Positions 55,667-64,000 of a stretch of 64,000 nt of DNA are shown piece by piece; positions within the stretch are counted from its first letter, which is position 1, and each line of letters opens with the position of its first letter. A program made the position numbers and the translations under genes. This stretch comes from a virus (taxonomy: Duplodnaviria > Caudoviricetes). The notes under the pieces are model-generated. The model was not told where the DNA came from. It saw only the letters and a list, made by a program, of their open reading frames with translations, and did no database searches. Location of the stretch: the IMG/VR virus record IMGVR_UViG_3300025392_000002. The stretch is one strand, 5' to 3'.

Positions 55667-56040
55667 TTAGAAACGAACAAGAATTCTTTAACACATTTGA
55701 TATGCAGGTACAATTGAGTCGGCGCCGACTACGCAGGATAGATCGTGCTAGCCTTAAGATGAACGTATGGGCTCAGGAGATTAGTGATGAAGCTATGTAT
55801 CAATCTACAGCCATGCACTCTATTGAAGAAGTAGAATGTGTTGATGTCTTAATGCCTAAAGATAGACTAGCACACCTGATAGCCTATGTACAAGAAACTG
55901 AAGCTCGTAATGTTCAGCAAGAGTCAGATAGGCAATTGATAGCACGATTCGAACGAGACAGAGCAGTTAGGCTCAAGTATCCTGCGGTAGAGAAAGCATA
56001 CCAAAAGTATGTGACTATGTTAGAGTTGTGCCGTAAATGA
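55663..56040 (+). CDS. Hypothetical protein
   Basis: YPAVEKAYQKY. Confidence 0.6.
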   Translation: MIRNEQEFFNTFDMQVQLSRRRLRRIDRASLKMNVWAQEISDEAMYQSTAMHSIEEVECVDVLMPKDRLAHLIAYVQETEARNVQQESDRQLIARFERDRAVRLKYPAVEKAYQKYVTMLELCRK

Positions 56041-56300
56041 CTTTAGAAGATGAAATTATGCAAAAGATGGCAGAACAGATGTCTACTGAGGTAGACAGAG
56101 AAATACTTTGGGGTATGCTCGAAGGCATTGGCTGGACTCGGGTTATGCTTCCACGATTAATTGATAACCATCATGCAGTCGATATTGGTTACTGGTTAGT
56201 GGACAACTGTAAACATTCATATGAGCGCAATGGCCGTGACTTTATGTTTGAAAGTCTACAGGATGCTAATTGGTTTAAGTTACGTTGGGGAAGTGTATGA
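56037..56300 (+). CDS. Paralog-family protein (FMFESLQDANWFKLRW)
   Basis: ATGA-coupled. Confidence 0.6.
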   Translation: MTLEDEIMQKMAEQMSTEVDREILWGMLEGIGWTRVMLPRLIDNHHAVDIGYWLVDNCKHSYERNGRDFMFESLQDANWFKLRWGSV

Positions 56301-56488
56301 TACCGTTACACAACGACTTGTTAATTGAACATACTTACGATGTAGTTGAGGTAGATCAGATTACCACAGAGCTAATTGATTTTTTGAACAAGAGTTTTGG
56401 ACCTCCTGGACAGCGTTGGTGGATTAGTAGTTATAAGATATACTTTAGAGATCCTAGAGACTACACATGGTTTGAATTGGCAACATAA
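56297..56488 (+). CDS. Paralog-family protein (IYFRDPRDYTWFEL)
   Basis: ATGA-coupled. Confidence 0.6.
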   Translation: MIPLHNDLLIEHTYDVVEVDQITTELIDFLNKSFGPPGQRWWISSYKIYFRDPRDYTWFELAT

Positions 56489-56489
56489 T

Positions 56490-56774
56490 ATGGCAATAAC
56501 ACACAACCGAGAAGAGATGTATACTGCTCAACAACTCAAAAGAGATGGATGGGTACACGATATGACTGAATTATCAATTACAGAATGTCGGGAACGTGCT
56601 GAGTGGTGCAAGGCAACATTTGGTGGCGTATACAATCCTATAACCTGGGACGGTAAATGGTTTGGTGCTGAACTACCATTCCAAGCAGGAGGAGTTACTC
56701 CCAAAAGACAATTTGTCTTTATGTTTAGAGATGATAAAATTTACACAATGTACAGGATGATGTTCCCCAATTGA
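56490..56774 (+). CDS. Paralog-family protein (FMFRDDKIYTMYRMMF)
   Basis: WCKATFG motif. Confidence 0.6.
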   Translation: MAITHNREEMYTAQQLKRDGWVHDMTELSITECRERAEWCKATFGGVYNPITWDGKWFGAELPFQAGGVTPKRQFVFMFRDDKIYTMYRMMFPN

Positions 56775-57106
56775 ACGATACAATATTACCCTTGCCCAAC
56801 GGAGACTTTACTACAGTAGAGCATATTGAGAAACATGGACCATTGACTGTAGTGGTACATAGCTTTAGAATGGGCGATGTAGAAGATCCAGACTTATATG
56901 CCGCTGAACCTTTATATCAGTGGCAACAAAGTGAAATGGGCGAGTGGGTAATGGCTAACGCTGTCCAAACCCCCAGCTGGCATAGAGATATTAGTCTATA
57001 CACATTTGGATATGCCTACTCAATTCGTGCAGAACTCGCACCCAAAGACTATACCTATTGGTGGATCAAATGGGGACACGAGCTTGACGCAAAGTCAAAC
57101 AGATAG
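56771..57106 (+). CDS. Paralog-family-related protein (KDYTYWWIKWG)
   Basis: GDVEDPDLYAAEPL.W. Confidence 0.6.
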   Translation: MNDTILPLPNGDFTTVEHIEKHGPLTVVVHSFRMGDVEDPDLYAAEPLYQWQQSEMGEWVMANAVQTPSWHRDISLYTFGYAYSIRAELAPKDYTYWWIKWGHELDAKSNR

Positions 57107-57143
57107 TATAATAAACACATAGAAACTCAATAGAAAGACTATA

Positions 57144-57422
57144 ATGAGCGACATTGTTTTATGCAAAGACTGTAAACATTCTCAAGCCAATTGGTTCAAT
57201 AAAATGATAGACAACCAACATGCTTTCAAGTGTGTACATCCTGATAGTTGGCAAATACCTAGAGAAAACAGGGTGACTGGTAAAAACCCTCCGGGATACT
57301 TTCAATCTTGTAGTGCCATGCGTTTAGACTTTGGAGATACATGTGGTCAAGAAGGAAAACTTTGGGCACCTCGTCACAAACGAGATCTATTTAAACATAT
57401 TAAACATGTAGGTACACTATGA
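57144..57422 (+). CDS. Cys-rich hypothetical protein
   Basis: CKDCKH...C...C...CGQEGKLW; sigma70 promoter at 57084. Confidence 0.65.
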   Translation: MSDIVLCKDCKHSQANWFNKMIDNQHAFKCVHPDSWQIPRENRVTGKNPPGYFQSCSAMRLDFGDTCGQEGKLWAPRHKRDLFKHIKHVGTL

Positions 57423-57775
57423 GTGGATGGAACACAATTCAACGAGTTCGTCATCTTGAAGAACAAATCGACAAGCTAGGCTTTAAGTTTGCCAAGAGCA
57501 AGCACTCTGATTGGAGTGACGATCACGGAGCCCTAAGTCTTAAACCAAAAGATCCAGATGCTTTGCCAATTTACAGTCGCGATGCTGAACTGTATGTAGG
57601 TAGCATAGAAGGATTGGAAACTTGGCTACACGGTGTACGCTGGGCTCGCGAGTATGATATGATGATCAAACTCAGTGATGAAAAGAAACGCACAGCCGCA
57701 GAACAAAAGGAACGCAATCGGCAATTGATGCGTACACTTAAAGAAGGCAAGCGAGTAGAAGGAGTAATAGAATAA
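57419..57775 (+). CDS. Hypothetical protein
   Basis: LPIYSRDAE. Confidence 0.65.
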   Translation: MSGWNTIQRVRHLEEQIDKLGFKFAKSKHSDWSDDHGALSLKPKDPDALPIYSRDAELYVGSIEGLETWLHGVRWAREYDMMIKLSDEKKRTAAEQKERNRQLMRTLKEGKRVEGVIE

Positions 57776-58041
57776 TGGAACCTAGATATTTATATACTAT
57801 CAAATGGACACAACCTTATAGCACAGGCTACGAGCGTCCTTACTTGCGACAACTACACGAAGCAGTCGAGCGAGCCATCGAAGCACAAGTGGCTCGTAAT
57901 GAGTGCCCACAGGCTAAGGAAGTTATTGAAAGGATAATGAAACTATGACATGGATTGTAGAAGGATTATTGATAATGGCTATTGCTATCATGCTGATCAG
58001 TATTGTGATCAAGGCTGTAGCATTTTTTAATGGAGATTAAT

Positions 58042-58272
58042 ATGCAGATAAGAGTAAAAGAAAACCCAGAAGAATTTGGTAAATGTGGATGTGGCCGTAG
58101 CCCGACAGGCAAATGTATTGGTTGGCATGGACTTACAGAAGAATTGTACCAACATCAAAAGATGCTTTGGTTAGAAGAAGAATTGAAAAAAGATGCTGAT
58201 CTTGAAGAATACAAGAAGCAAGCACAGGAAATGTGGAGCGATAGTTGTACTACTCCTAGAAAGGCACAGTAA
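58042..58272 (+). CDS. CDGSH-like metal-binding small protein
   Basis: CGCGRSPTGKCIGWH. Confidence 0.55.
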   Translation: MQIRVKENPEEFGKCGCGRSPTGKCIGWHGLTEELYQHQKMLWLEEELKKDADLEEYKKQAQEMWSDSCTTPRKAQ

Positions 58273-58568
58273 TGAATTGGTTAAAACGTAAAATCCGTCG
58301 TTGGTTAGACAGTGAACAAGATATCTGTATTGATGATGGTCGATATGCTACTGCTATAGCAAAGAACTCGATCAATGGTCGCGATGTTAATAGTGAGCCT
58401 ACACTACAGTTCAAGATCTATAATGCTATTGGCGGCAAGGTAGTAGAGTTTAGCCGTTATGATCGTCAAAAGGATCGAGCCTTCCATGATATCTACATTA
58501 TTGGCAAAAACGAGGACTTTGGCGAAAAGATTGCCAAAATCGCTATGTTAGAGTCACTAAAAGATTAA
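58272..58568 (+). CDS. Hypothetical protein
   Basis: FKIYNAIGGKVVEF. Confidence 0.65.
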   Translation: MNWLKRKIRRWLDSEQDICIDDGRYATAIAKNSINGRDVNSEPTLQFKIYNAIGGKVVEFSRYDRQKDRAFHDIYIIGKNEDFGEKIAKIAMLESLKD

Positions 58569-58602
58569 TTTTATTAAATAAACTTACCCGGAGGAATATT
58601 CC

Positions 58603-58962
58603 ATGGATATTTTGTTAGACTGTTTACCATACGTGGTAGTTGCTATTGTGTTTTACAATGTAGGACTTGTCATTGCTAGAATGAGAATGATAGAGAATCT
58701 TGTAAAGAACCCAGATGGTATGATCCAAATGATTGGCAAACTAAAAGAGATTGTCGAATCAGAAGAGGATGGCATGCCTGAAGATGCAATTGAAGTTAAA
58801 ACCGAACAGGTAAATGATTTGGTGTATGCTTACAATAAAATGACTGGAGAGTTTCTAGCACAAGCTCAAAATTTGCATCAAGTTATGACTTTGGCCGCGG
58901 CACGTTATCCGGGCAAGAAGTTTTGGCATCCTGAATTGAAGGAAGACAGCCAAACAGCTTGA
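58603..58962 (+). CDS. Membrane-anchored hypothetical protein
   Basis: N-terminal TM, FLAQA; SD GGAGG. Confidence 0.65.
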   Translation: MDILLDCLPYVVVAIVFYNVGLVIARMRMIENLVKNPDGMIQMIGKLKEIVESEEDGMPEDAIEVKTEQVNDLVYAYNKMTGEFLAQAQNLHQVMTLAAARYPGKKFWHPELKEDSQTA

Positions 58963-59032
58963 GTTTAGCCTGTAACTTTGTTAAAATAGATACAGCTGAT
59001 AAGTTTCAGCATAATCTATAGAGGAAAACAAC

Positions 59033-59302
59033 ATGAAATTTTTTAACCCAGAAACAAAAACTTACAAACTATTCAACGCACTTTACAATGGCGAGACTGT
59101 TACGGCTAGCCAAGCAGAAAAGCGTTTTGGTATCAAGAACATCAGTGCTGAAGTAAGCCGTATCCGCCACAGTGGTTATGCAGTTTACGCAAACAAGCGT
59201 GTAGCTGGTAATGGTGTTCAGGTAACAGAATATGTTATCGGTAAGCCAAGCCGTGCAATCGTTGCCGCTGGTTACAAAGCAATGGCTTTAGGTCTAGTTT
59301 AA
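59033..59302 (+). CDS. Winged-helix DNA-binding protein (putative)
   Basis: VTASQAEKRFGIKNISAEVSRIRHSGYAVY; terminator at 59322-59347. Confidence 0.6.
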   Translation: MKFFNPETKTYKLFNALYNGETVTASQAEKRFGIKNISAEVSRIRHSGYAVYANKRVAGNGVQVTEYVIGKPSRAIVAAGYKAMALGLV

Positions 59303-59381
59303 TATTAAACTAGTTTAGTTCAAAGGCTACTTAGGTAGCCTTTTTTGTTGAGTATAATTTTAAATTATGCTAAAATACTAT

Positions 59382-59675
59382 ATGATTGATACAATTTTTA
59401 AACCTACACTTGAATGGATTCGTGATGACTACAGTTCAAACAAATTTCGTTTTGGCATTGAGTTGCTGGCTTGGGCTATTAGTATTGGCTGTAGCATTAC
59501 GATGGCGGTCACTGTACCCACACCTCCGCTACCTATTCTGTATCCCATTTGGATTACTGGTTGCAGTATGTACGCTTGGGCTAGTTGGACCAGACGAAGT
59601 TTCGGAATGTTGGCTAATTATCTATTGCTTGTGTCTATCGATAGTATTGGTCTTATAAGGATGATTAATGGATAA
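59382..59675 (+). CDS. Small membrane protein
   Basis: Three hydrophobic segments. Confidence 0.6.
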   Translation: MIDTIFKPTLEWIRDDYSSNKFRFGIELLAWAISIGCSITMAVTVPTPPLPILYPIWITGCSMYAWASWTRRSFGMLANYLLLVSIDSIGLIRMING

Positions 59676-59895
59676 GCACACAGATCAAGATATAGAAGAT
59701 TTTATTGATGAATTAGATGCAGTTATAATCAAATACGAAGGCACATTTGCCGCACACAACGTAGCAGGCATGTTGTTAAGTCGTGTTACATTGCTAATGA
59801 CCATGGACCCAGCTGTGGGCAAACAATTATTAAAATATGTCTGGGAACAGTTAGATGAAATAGAGCAAGCGAACCCAGGAAGCATGATACCATGA
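59668..59895 (+). CDS. Hypothetical protein
   Basis: Coupled ORF. Confidence 0.55.
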   Translation: MDKHTDQDIEDFIDELDAVIIKYEGTFAAHNVAGMLLSRVTLLMTMDPAVGKQLLKYVWEQLDEIEQANPGSMIP

Positions 59896-60107
59896 CAACG
59901 TTTACAACAGAAGATAGAGAACGTGCATTACCCCGAGTAGGCAGTAAGTGGGCAGGTGTAGATACTAGAGAAGAGTTTACCATATTGGCAGTTTGGAATC
60001 CCAACGAAGAATACGACCCTTGGGTCAAATACTGTAATTCAAATAATACAGAGTTTACCTGTAGACTAGAAGCATTTTTGAGCAGATTCATTAGTAAACC
60101 AGATTAA
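59892..60107 (+). CDS. Hypothetical protein
   Basis: GSKW...F.V...WVKY...CRLEAFLSRF. Confidence 0.6.
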   Translation: MTTFTTEDRERALPRVGSKWAGVDTREEFTILAVWNPNEEYDPWVKYCNSNNTEFTCRLEAFLSRFISKPD

Positions 60108-60224
60108 ATAGTATTGACATTCAAGTCAATGCATACTACAATATGTACATAGTTTGAGAGCAATCCTGCTAGAAACTATATTTTAAGTAACCTACTAGGT
60201 TAGAGAAAACATAAAGGAGTTAAA

Positions 60225-61343
60225 ATGGCTAAAGCCAAACGCCGTGCGGTTGCGCACAATTCACTCGGACAGTTCCTGTCTGGGTTCAAACATACATTTG
60301 ATGTAGAAGAAGCCTTCATCGATTGTAAAGAGATGAGTAAGAACTACAAGCATGGTCTGATTCCTATGACGGATTTGGCAAAAGCGGTAGATGCTGTAGA
60401 AGGTCCCTGGCAGGGACGAGTCAATCAATATAATTCAACAACACTTGCAGGTAAAACATTATCTTTGTTTAACCTTGTACCGCACTTTGAAATGGTGCCG
60501 GTAGGCAATGTGTTTAGCCATCCTAGCTTTAATAGAGACACAAGCCCAAACCATTGTATTAAATTAGAAATGGATTGGTTAGATCAATTTGCCATGACTG
60601 GTTTAGGTCTTAAGATGCCGGCCAAATATGGTGGTGCTGTTTATAATGCAGACACAACACACACCGGAGTTAATCGTATCCGCAAAGGAGACGAGCTGTT
60701 GCCATTCTGGGTAGCAGATGTTCCAGATCAAGGTAATTTTGACGACACACATGAGTTGGCATTGTTTATTGCCGGACACTTGTTCCTAGCAATTAATGTA
60801 CGCAACAAACGTGGTGTAGATATTTTTGACCAACACTTTATCAAAGTTGCTTGCGGCATTTATCCGGCGCCACAAATACAAGCAGTTGTAGATAATATTA
60901 AAGGTATTACGATTCGTCGTGCAGGCAATAAGATTGCAGGAGCAATTCATAACTTGAATGAAACCTACATGACCTTTGCCCTGGACAATACAGGAGCATA
61001 TTTAGAGCGTAGTCTTAAATGGCTCGACCGTAACTTTCCTCATCAAAGTATTGATGGTTGTTTGTTGACTAGCTTTGCTATTTTGTTAAAAGAAAATGAA
61101 GGCAACAATATTACATGGACTCAACAGCAAGAAGATACACTTGCGGCAGAATTAAATCGTCGTTATACAACTGCTAATAAAGCACAGTTAAGTATTAAGG
61201 ATGCTTGCCCACAATGGAACAATCCACAGTATGCTAAACTAGACAGCAACTATCTTGTCAGCAACGGACTCAAACATATTTGCTTTGGTTTGAGTATTCC
61301 TAGTGTACGTGATCAAGTGCGTAGCTGGAAGGTAGGGTTTTAA
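60225..61343 (+). CDS. Hypothetical protein (possibly ParB/Srx-like N-terminal region)
   Basis: 372 aa; TTGACA-17-TACAAT at 60114 and AAGGAG; FNRD...YNADTTHT. Confidence 0.6.
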   Translation: MAKAKRRAVAHNSLGQFLSGFKHTFDVEEAFIDCKEMSKNYKHGLIPMTDLAKAVDAVEGPWQGRVNQYNSTTLAGKTLSLFNLVPHFEMVPVGNVFSHPSFNRDTSPNHCIKLEMDWLDQFAMTGLGLKMPAKYGGAVYNADTTHTGVNRIRKGDELLPFWVADVPDQGNFDDTHELALFIAGHLFLAINVRNKRGVDIFDQHFIKVACGIYPAPQIQAVVDNIKGITIRRAGNKIAGAIHNLNETYMTFALDNTGAYLERSLKWLDRNFPHQSIDGCLLTSFAILLKENEGNNITWTQQQEDTLAAELNRRYTTANKAQLSIKDACPQWNNPQYAKLDSNYLVSNGLKHICFGLSIPSVRDQVRSWKVGF

Positions 61344-61344
61344 T

Positions 61345-61731
61345 ATGGCTTGGTACTATACATTTAATCCGCCAAAAGAAATTGGCGGAGAGTTTAATAC
61401 TAAGCCGGGCATCACCGATAGTAATCCTATTGGGCGTCTAGGTAAGTATCAATTGCCTTTTGGACCTTGCTGGGAAGCTCATTACACTTGGCTTTGCTAC
61501 CATCCTGACATTACAATTATTAAGTGGATAGAGCAAAGTGTCCTGGGACACTTTAGAAGTCGTGCATACGGCATTGGTGCAGGTATGACCGAGTGGGTAG
61601 TGGAAACTACTTGGCAAGAAATTAGAGACTATGTGTTGTTAATCTGCAAAGATACAAACATAGAAATTATAGACTGCGGACCAGGGCCTTGGAATCCTGT
61701 ACGCATAGAAAAGGAATTAAAACATGATTGA
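61345..61731 (+). CDS. Hypothetical protein (GIY-YIG/T5orf172-like, tentative)
   Basis: WYY...KPGIT...RLGKYQ...IE...TEW. Confidence 0.5.
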   Translation: MAWYYTFNPPKEIGGEFNTKPGITDSNPIGRLGKYQLPFGPCWEAHYTWLCYHPDITIIKWIEQSVLGHFRSRAYGIGAGMTEWVVETTWQEIRDYVLLICKDTNIEIIDCGPGPWNPVRIEKELKHD

Positions 61732-62227
61732 CACTACACAAGTTCCCCAATACGTTATCGATTGTAGCACACTACTTAATGCTCATGAGATTCGTGGAGA
61801 AATGCGAGATGCTAAAGTTAGAACATACTGTTATGCTTTTACTTACAAAAGCGAAATACTAAAGTATGGAGAACAGCACAAATGGGATCCAACTACCTAC
61901 GGCGAACGTATCTATCGTCAAGCATGGCATATTCCAGGTTGGCCAACTATACCTAAGTCTAGTTCAGGCAGTGACATGCTAGATATAATTAGGGATTTCC
62001 CAAGCATTAATAAAAATGATGTTTGTATTATGATTTGGGATATGACTAACTATCCTAGAGCATACTCAAAAGATCCTGCGTATGAAGTTCGTGCATTAGA
62101 GCGTCAGTTAATTAGAGAGCATATTGCACAATATGGAGAACGACCTAAGGGCAATATTAAGTCTGAGGAACATATGGATCGCAAGACTAACGTCAGTGAT
62201 ACATTATGGTCAGAGTTGTTTGAATGA
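61724..62227 (+). CDS. Hypothetical protein (GIY-YIG-like, tentative)
   Basis: YCYAF...LKYGE...GERIYRQ...LERQLI...P.GN. Confidence 0.5.
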   Translation: MIDTTQVPQYVIDCSTLLNAHEIRGEMRDAKVRTYCYAFTYKSEILKYGEQHKWDPTTYGERIYRQAWHIPGWPTIPKSSSGSDMLDIIRDFPSINKNDVCIMIWDMTNYPRAYSKDPAYEVRALERQLIREHIAQYGERPKGNIKSEEHMDRKTNVSDTLWSELFE

Positions 62228-62228
62228 C

Positions 62229-63047
62229 TTATTGATTTAAGTATTCAAATACATTAAGCCACTTGCGTTTACCGATAGTTTCTTTTAAGTGAGTTAGGTT
62301 AGCCTTAGTCGAATAGCGCATACGAGATAGTTCTACTTCTGGAACAGGAACAAATTCTATTTCGACGCCTTCGATTTCGGCAATCTCTTCTGCAATATCC
62401 AAAAAGCTGTGTGCTATACCAGCACCACAGTTCCAAATACCAGACCCTCTGACTTCCTTGATAAAGTCGATATGTAGTCTGCATACGTCTCCTACCCATG
62501 TCCAGTCTCGCTTGACGTGTTCAGCAGTTTCCCAAACAGTTATCTTGCCTTCTTTTACAGCCTGTGTGCGCCATTTAACGATCGCATTGGCTCGCCTACC
62601 ACGCAGGTGCATGTATTTTCCGTAAACATTAAAGTACCTGAATCCCTGCACGAAAATGGATTGGGGTTGTTGGAATACCCAACGATCAAATAGATACTTG
62701 CTCCAAGCATAAGGAGTTTGTGGATAACAAGGAGCGTACTCACTAAAGTCTTTTGTGTTGCCATATACTGAACTTGAACTTGCATATTGTAAATTTACTC
62801 CATTTTTATTGCACTCATTGAATAACCATTGACTGAACTCTAAGTTCTGTTTCATTATAGCTTCAACATCTGTGCAGGTCATATCGGCGATAGCACCCAA
62901 GTGTATTACCCAATCATATCCGCTGATTTCTGGACGTTCAGTAGGATGCCATTCATACCCGTCGATCTGCCAGCCTTCCTCTTGATTGAGCCAAGCCAGC
63001 ATGTTTTTACCTATAAAGCCTTCGTGGCCTGTTACTAAGATTCGCAT
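62229..63047 (-). CDS. NAD-dependent epimerase, ADP-L-glycero-D-manno-heptose 6-epimerase (HldD/RfaD)-like
   Basis: TGHEGFIG, HLGAI, YASSSSVYG, YAWSK, RYFNVYG, RDWTWVGDV. Confidence 0.85.
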   Translation of the reverse strand: MRILVTGHEGFIGKNMLAWLNQEEGWQIDGYEWHPTERPEISGYDWVIHLGAIADMTCTDVEAIMKQNLEFSQWLFNECNKNGVNLQYASSSSVYGNTKDFSEYAPCYPQTPYAWSKYLFDRWVFQQPQSIFVQGFRYFNVYGKYMHLRGRRANAIVKWRTQAVKEGKITVWETAEHVKRDWTWVGDVCRLHIDFIKEVRGSGIWNCGAGIAHSFLDIAEEIAEIEGVEIEFVPVPEVELSRMRYSTKANLTHLKETIGKRKWLNVFEYLNQ

Positions 63048-63076
63048 GTAGTTATTTACTGCATAAATATATGACT

Positions 63077-63376
63077 ATGAAAATATCTGAACTAATCAGC
63101 CCAACGTGCGAGTATTGTGGGCATGATCATCCATTAGTCGAACGTGGAAAAGCACCTCGTAGCTTGTGTGTAAGCAGTAAACCTGATGCAGAGTTGGGTG
63201 CTAGCCAATTAGCCAGTTGCAAAAGCCAGGGCTTACGTGCCCGCGATGGAGAAAAAAGTCATTTGATTGGGCATGGTGGTAGTAAGGTTCGTATTACTGT
63301 AGGTGGCAAAAAGATTAAAGGCAAGAAGTATGGTGGGCCACTTCCAGACTTTGGAACACGCAAAGGCCAGAAATGA
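63077..63376 (+). CDS. Late basic hypothetical protein
   Basis: MKISELI, CEYCGHDH; TAAATA at 63064. Confidence 0.6.
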   Translation: MKISELISPTCEYCGHDHPLVERGKAPRSLCVSSKPDAELGASQLASCKSQGLRARDGEKSHLIGHGGSKVRITVGGKKIKGKKYGGPLPDFGTRKGQK

Positions 63377-64000
63377 AAATACTTGATATAATTACCGAAG
63401 CAGAATTAGAAGGAAAAATCGTTGTAGTTGGCGATACTATTGCACAAGGTATTGGCAGTGCAATTCCCAAAGCTGTAGTTGTAGCAGGTGCAGGCCTTGA
63501 TAGTGCTAGTGTTGCTACACAAGTTATGGCTAACACTGAGAAACTAAAAAATGCTGACCTTGCTATTGTTTCAGCAGGTACTTATGATGTCAAGCCTGGC
63601 AATTACAGTTTGTATGATCCAGATGCAACAGGAGCCAACTTACGTGCTATTAAAAATGCATTGAAGGCCAAAAAGATTGTTTGGATCAGGGGTTACAATG
63701 CTGGAGTAAGTAAAGCTGTTAGTAAGATTGCCAACATTGACGGCGACAAACAAATTGATTTAAAAAATTATCCTACAGCAGATAAATTAATTCCTAGTAG
63801 TTACAGTGATGTAGCAGGCGCGGCAACTTACGGAATGAAAGCTATTGACAAACCAGTTAGTCCAGATGCCAAGCCTGAAGTTAATGATGACGAAAAGAAA
63901 GACGATAAGAAAGATACTACAAATACTCAGCCAGGTAAAGTTTATCCATACGATAAAGATATAGAAGATTTACAAAAAGATTTAATTGCATTAGGATATA
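63373..64000 (+). CDS. Protein with degenerate SGNH-like N-terminus and a PG-binding-like segment; runs off the window
   Basis: MKILDIITE, VVVGDTIAQG, SAGTYD, DIEDLQKDLIALGY. Confidence 0.6.
   Translation, partial: MKILDIITEAELEGKIVVVGDTIAQGIGSAIPKAVVVAGAGLDSASVATQVMANTEKLKNADLAIVSAGTYDVKPGNYSLYDPDATGANLRAIKNALKAKKIVWIRGYNAGVSKAVSKIANIDGDKQIDLKNYPTADKLIPSSYSDVAGAATYGMKAIDKPVSPDAKPEVNDDEKKDDKKDTTNTQPGKVYPYDKDIEDLQKDLIALGY

Noticed and set aside
1-64000. Stop-codon reassignment
   Set aside because: Core genes are full length in the standard code and TAA, TAG and TGA all end genes.

Overview
A 64 kb segment of a large lytic myovirus genome with T4-like core genes; the standard genetic code reads through normally. 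1-13.3 kb: morphogenesis (tail sheath, tail tube, gp4-like nuclease, terminase, probable head proteins). 13.4-27.9 kb: recombination and replication (gp32 SSB, UvsX, UvsY, UvsW, a 189-aa DnaE-like polymerase, primase, carbamoyltransferase, gp41 helicase). 28-33.7 kb: fibre-type virion proteins. 34-36.6 kb: small late genes. 37.3-47.8 kb: a minus-strand array of small genes driven by 20 near-consensus sigma70 promoters, each with a 17-bp spacer; 11 of these leaders share the extended Shine-Dalgarno AGGAGCGA. The array also holds a tRNA(CAT) and an ORF-free ~325-nt structured RNA. 47.8-49.7 kb: a repeat-rich strand-switch region. 50-64 kb: small accessory genes, including a ~10-member paralog family, a HAD nucleotidase and an HldD-like epimerase. 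Best candidate for a new system: the array ends in a four-hairpin 3' RNA whose two repeated loops (AUUCGCUCCC) are complementary to the shared GGAGCGA leader. Core genes are mostly leaderless or use GGAGAA, which suggests an sRNA switch that silences the early regulon at the level of translation. All product calls come from motif recognition by eye; no searches were run.
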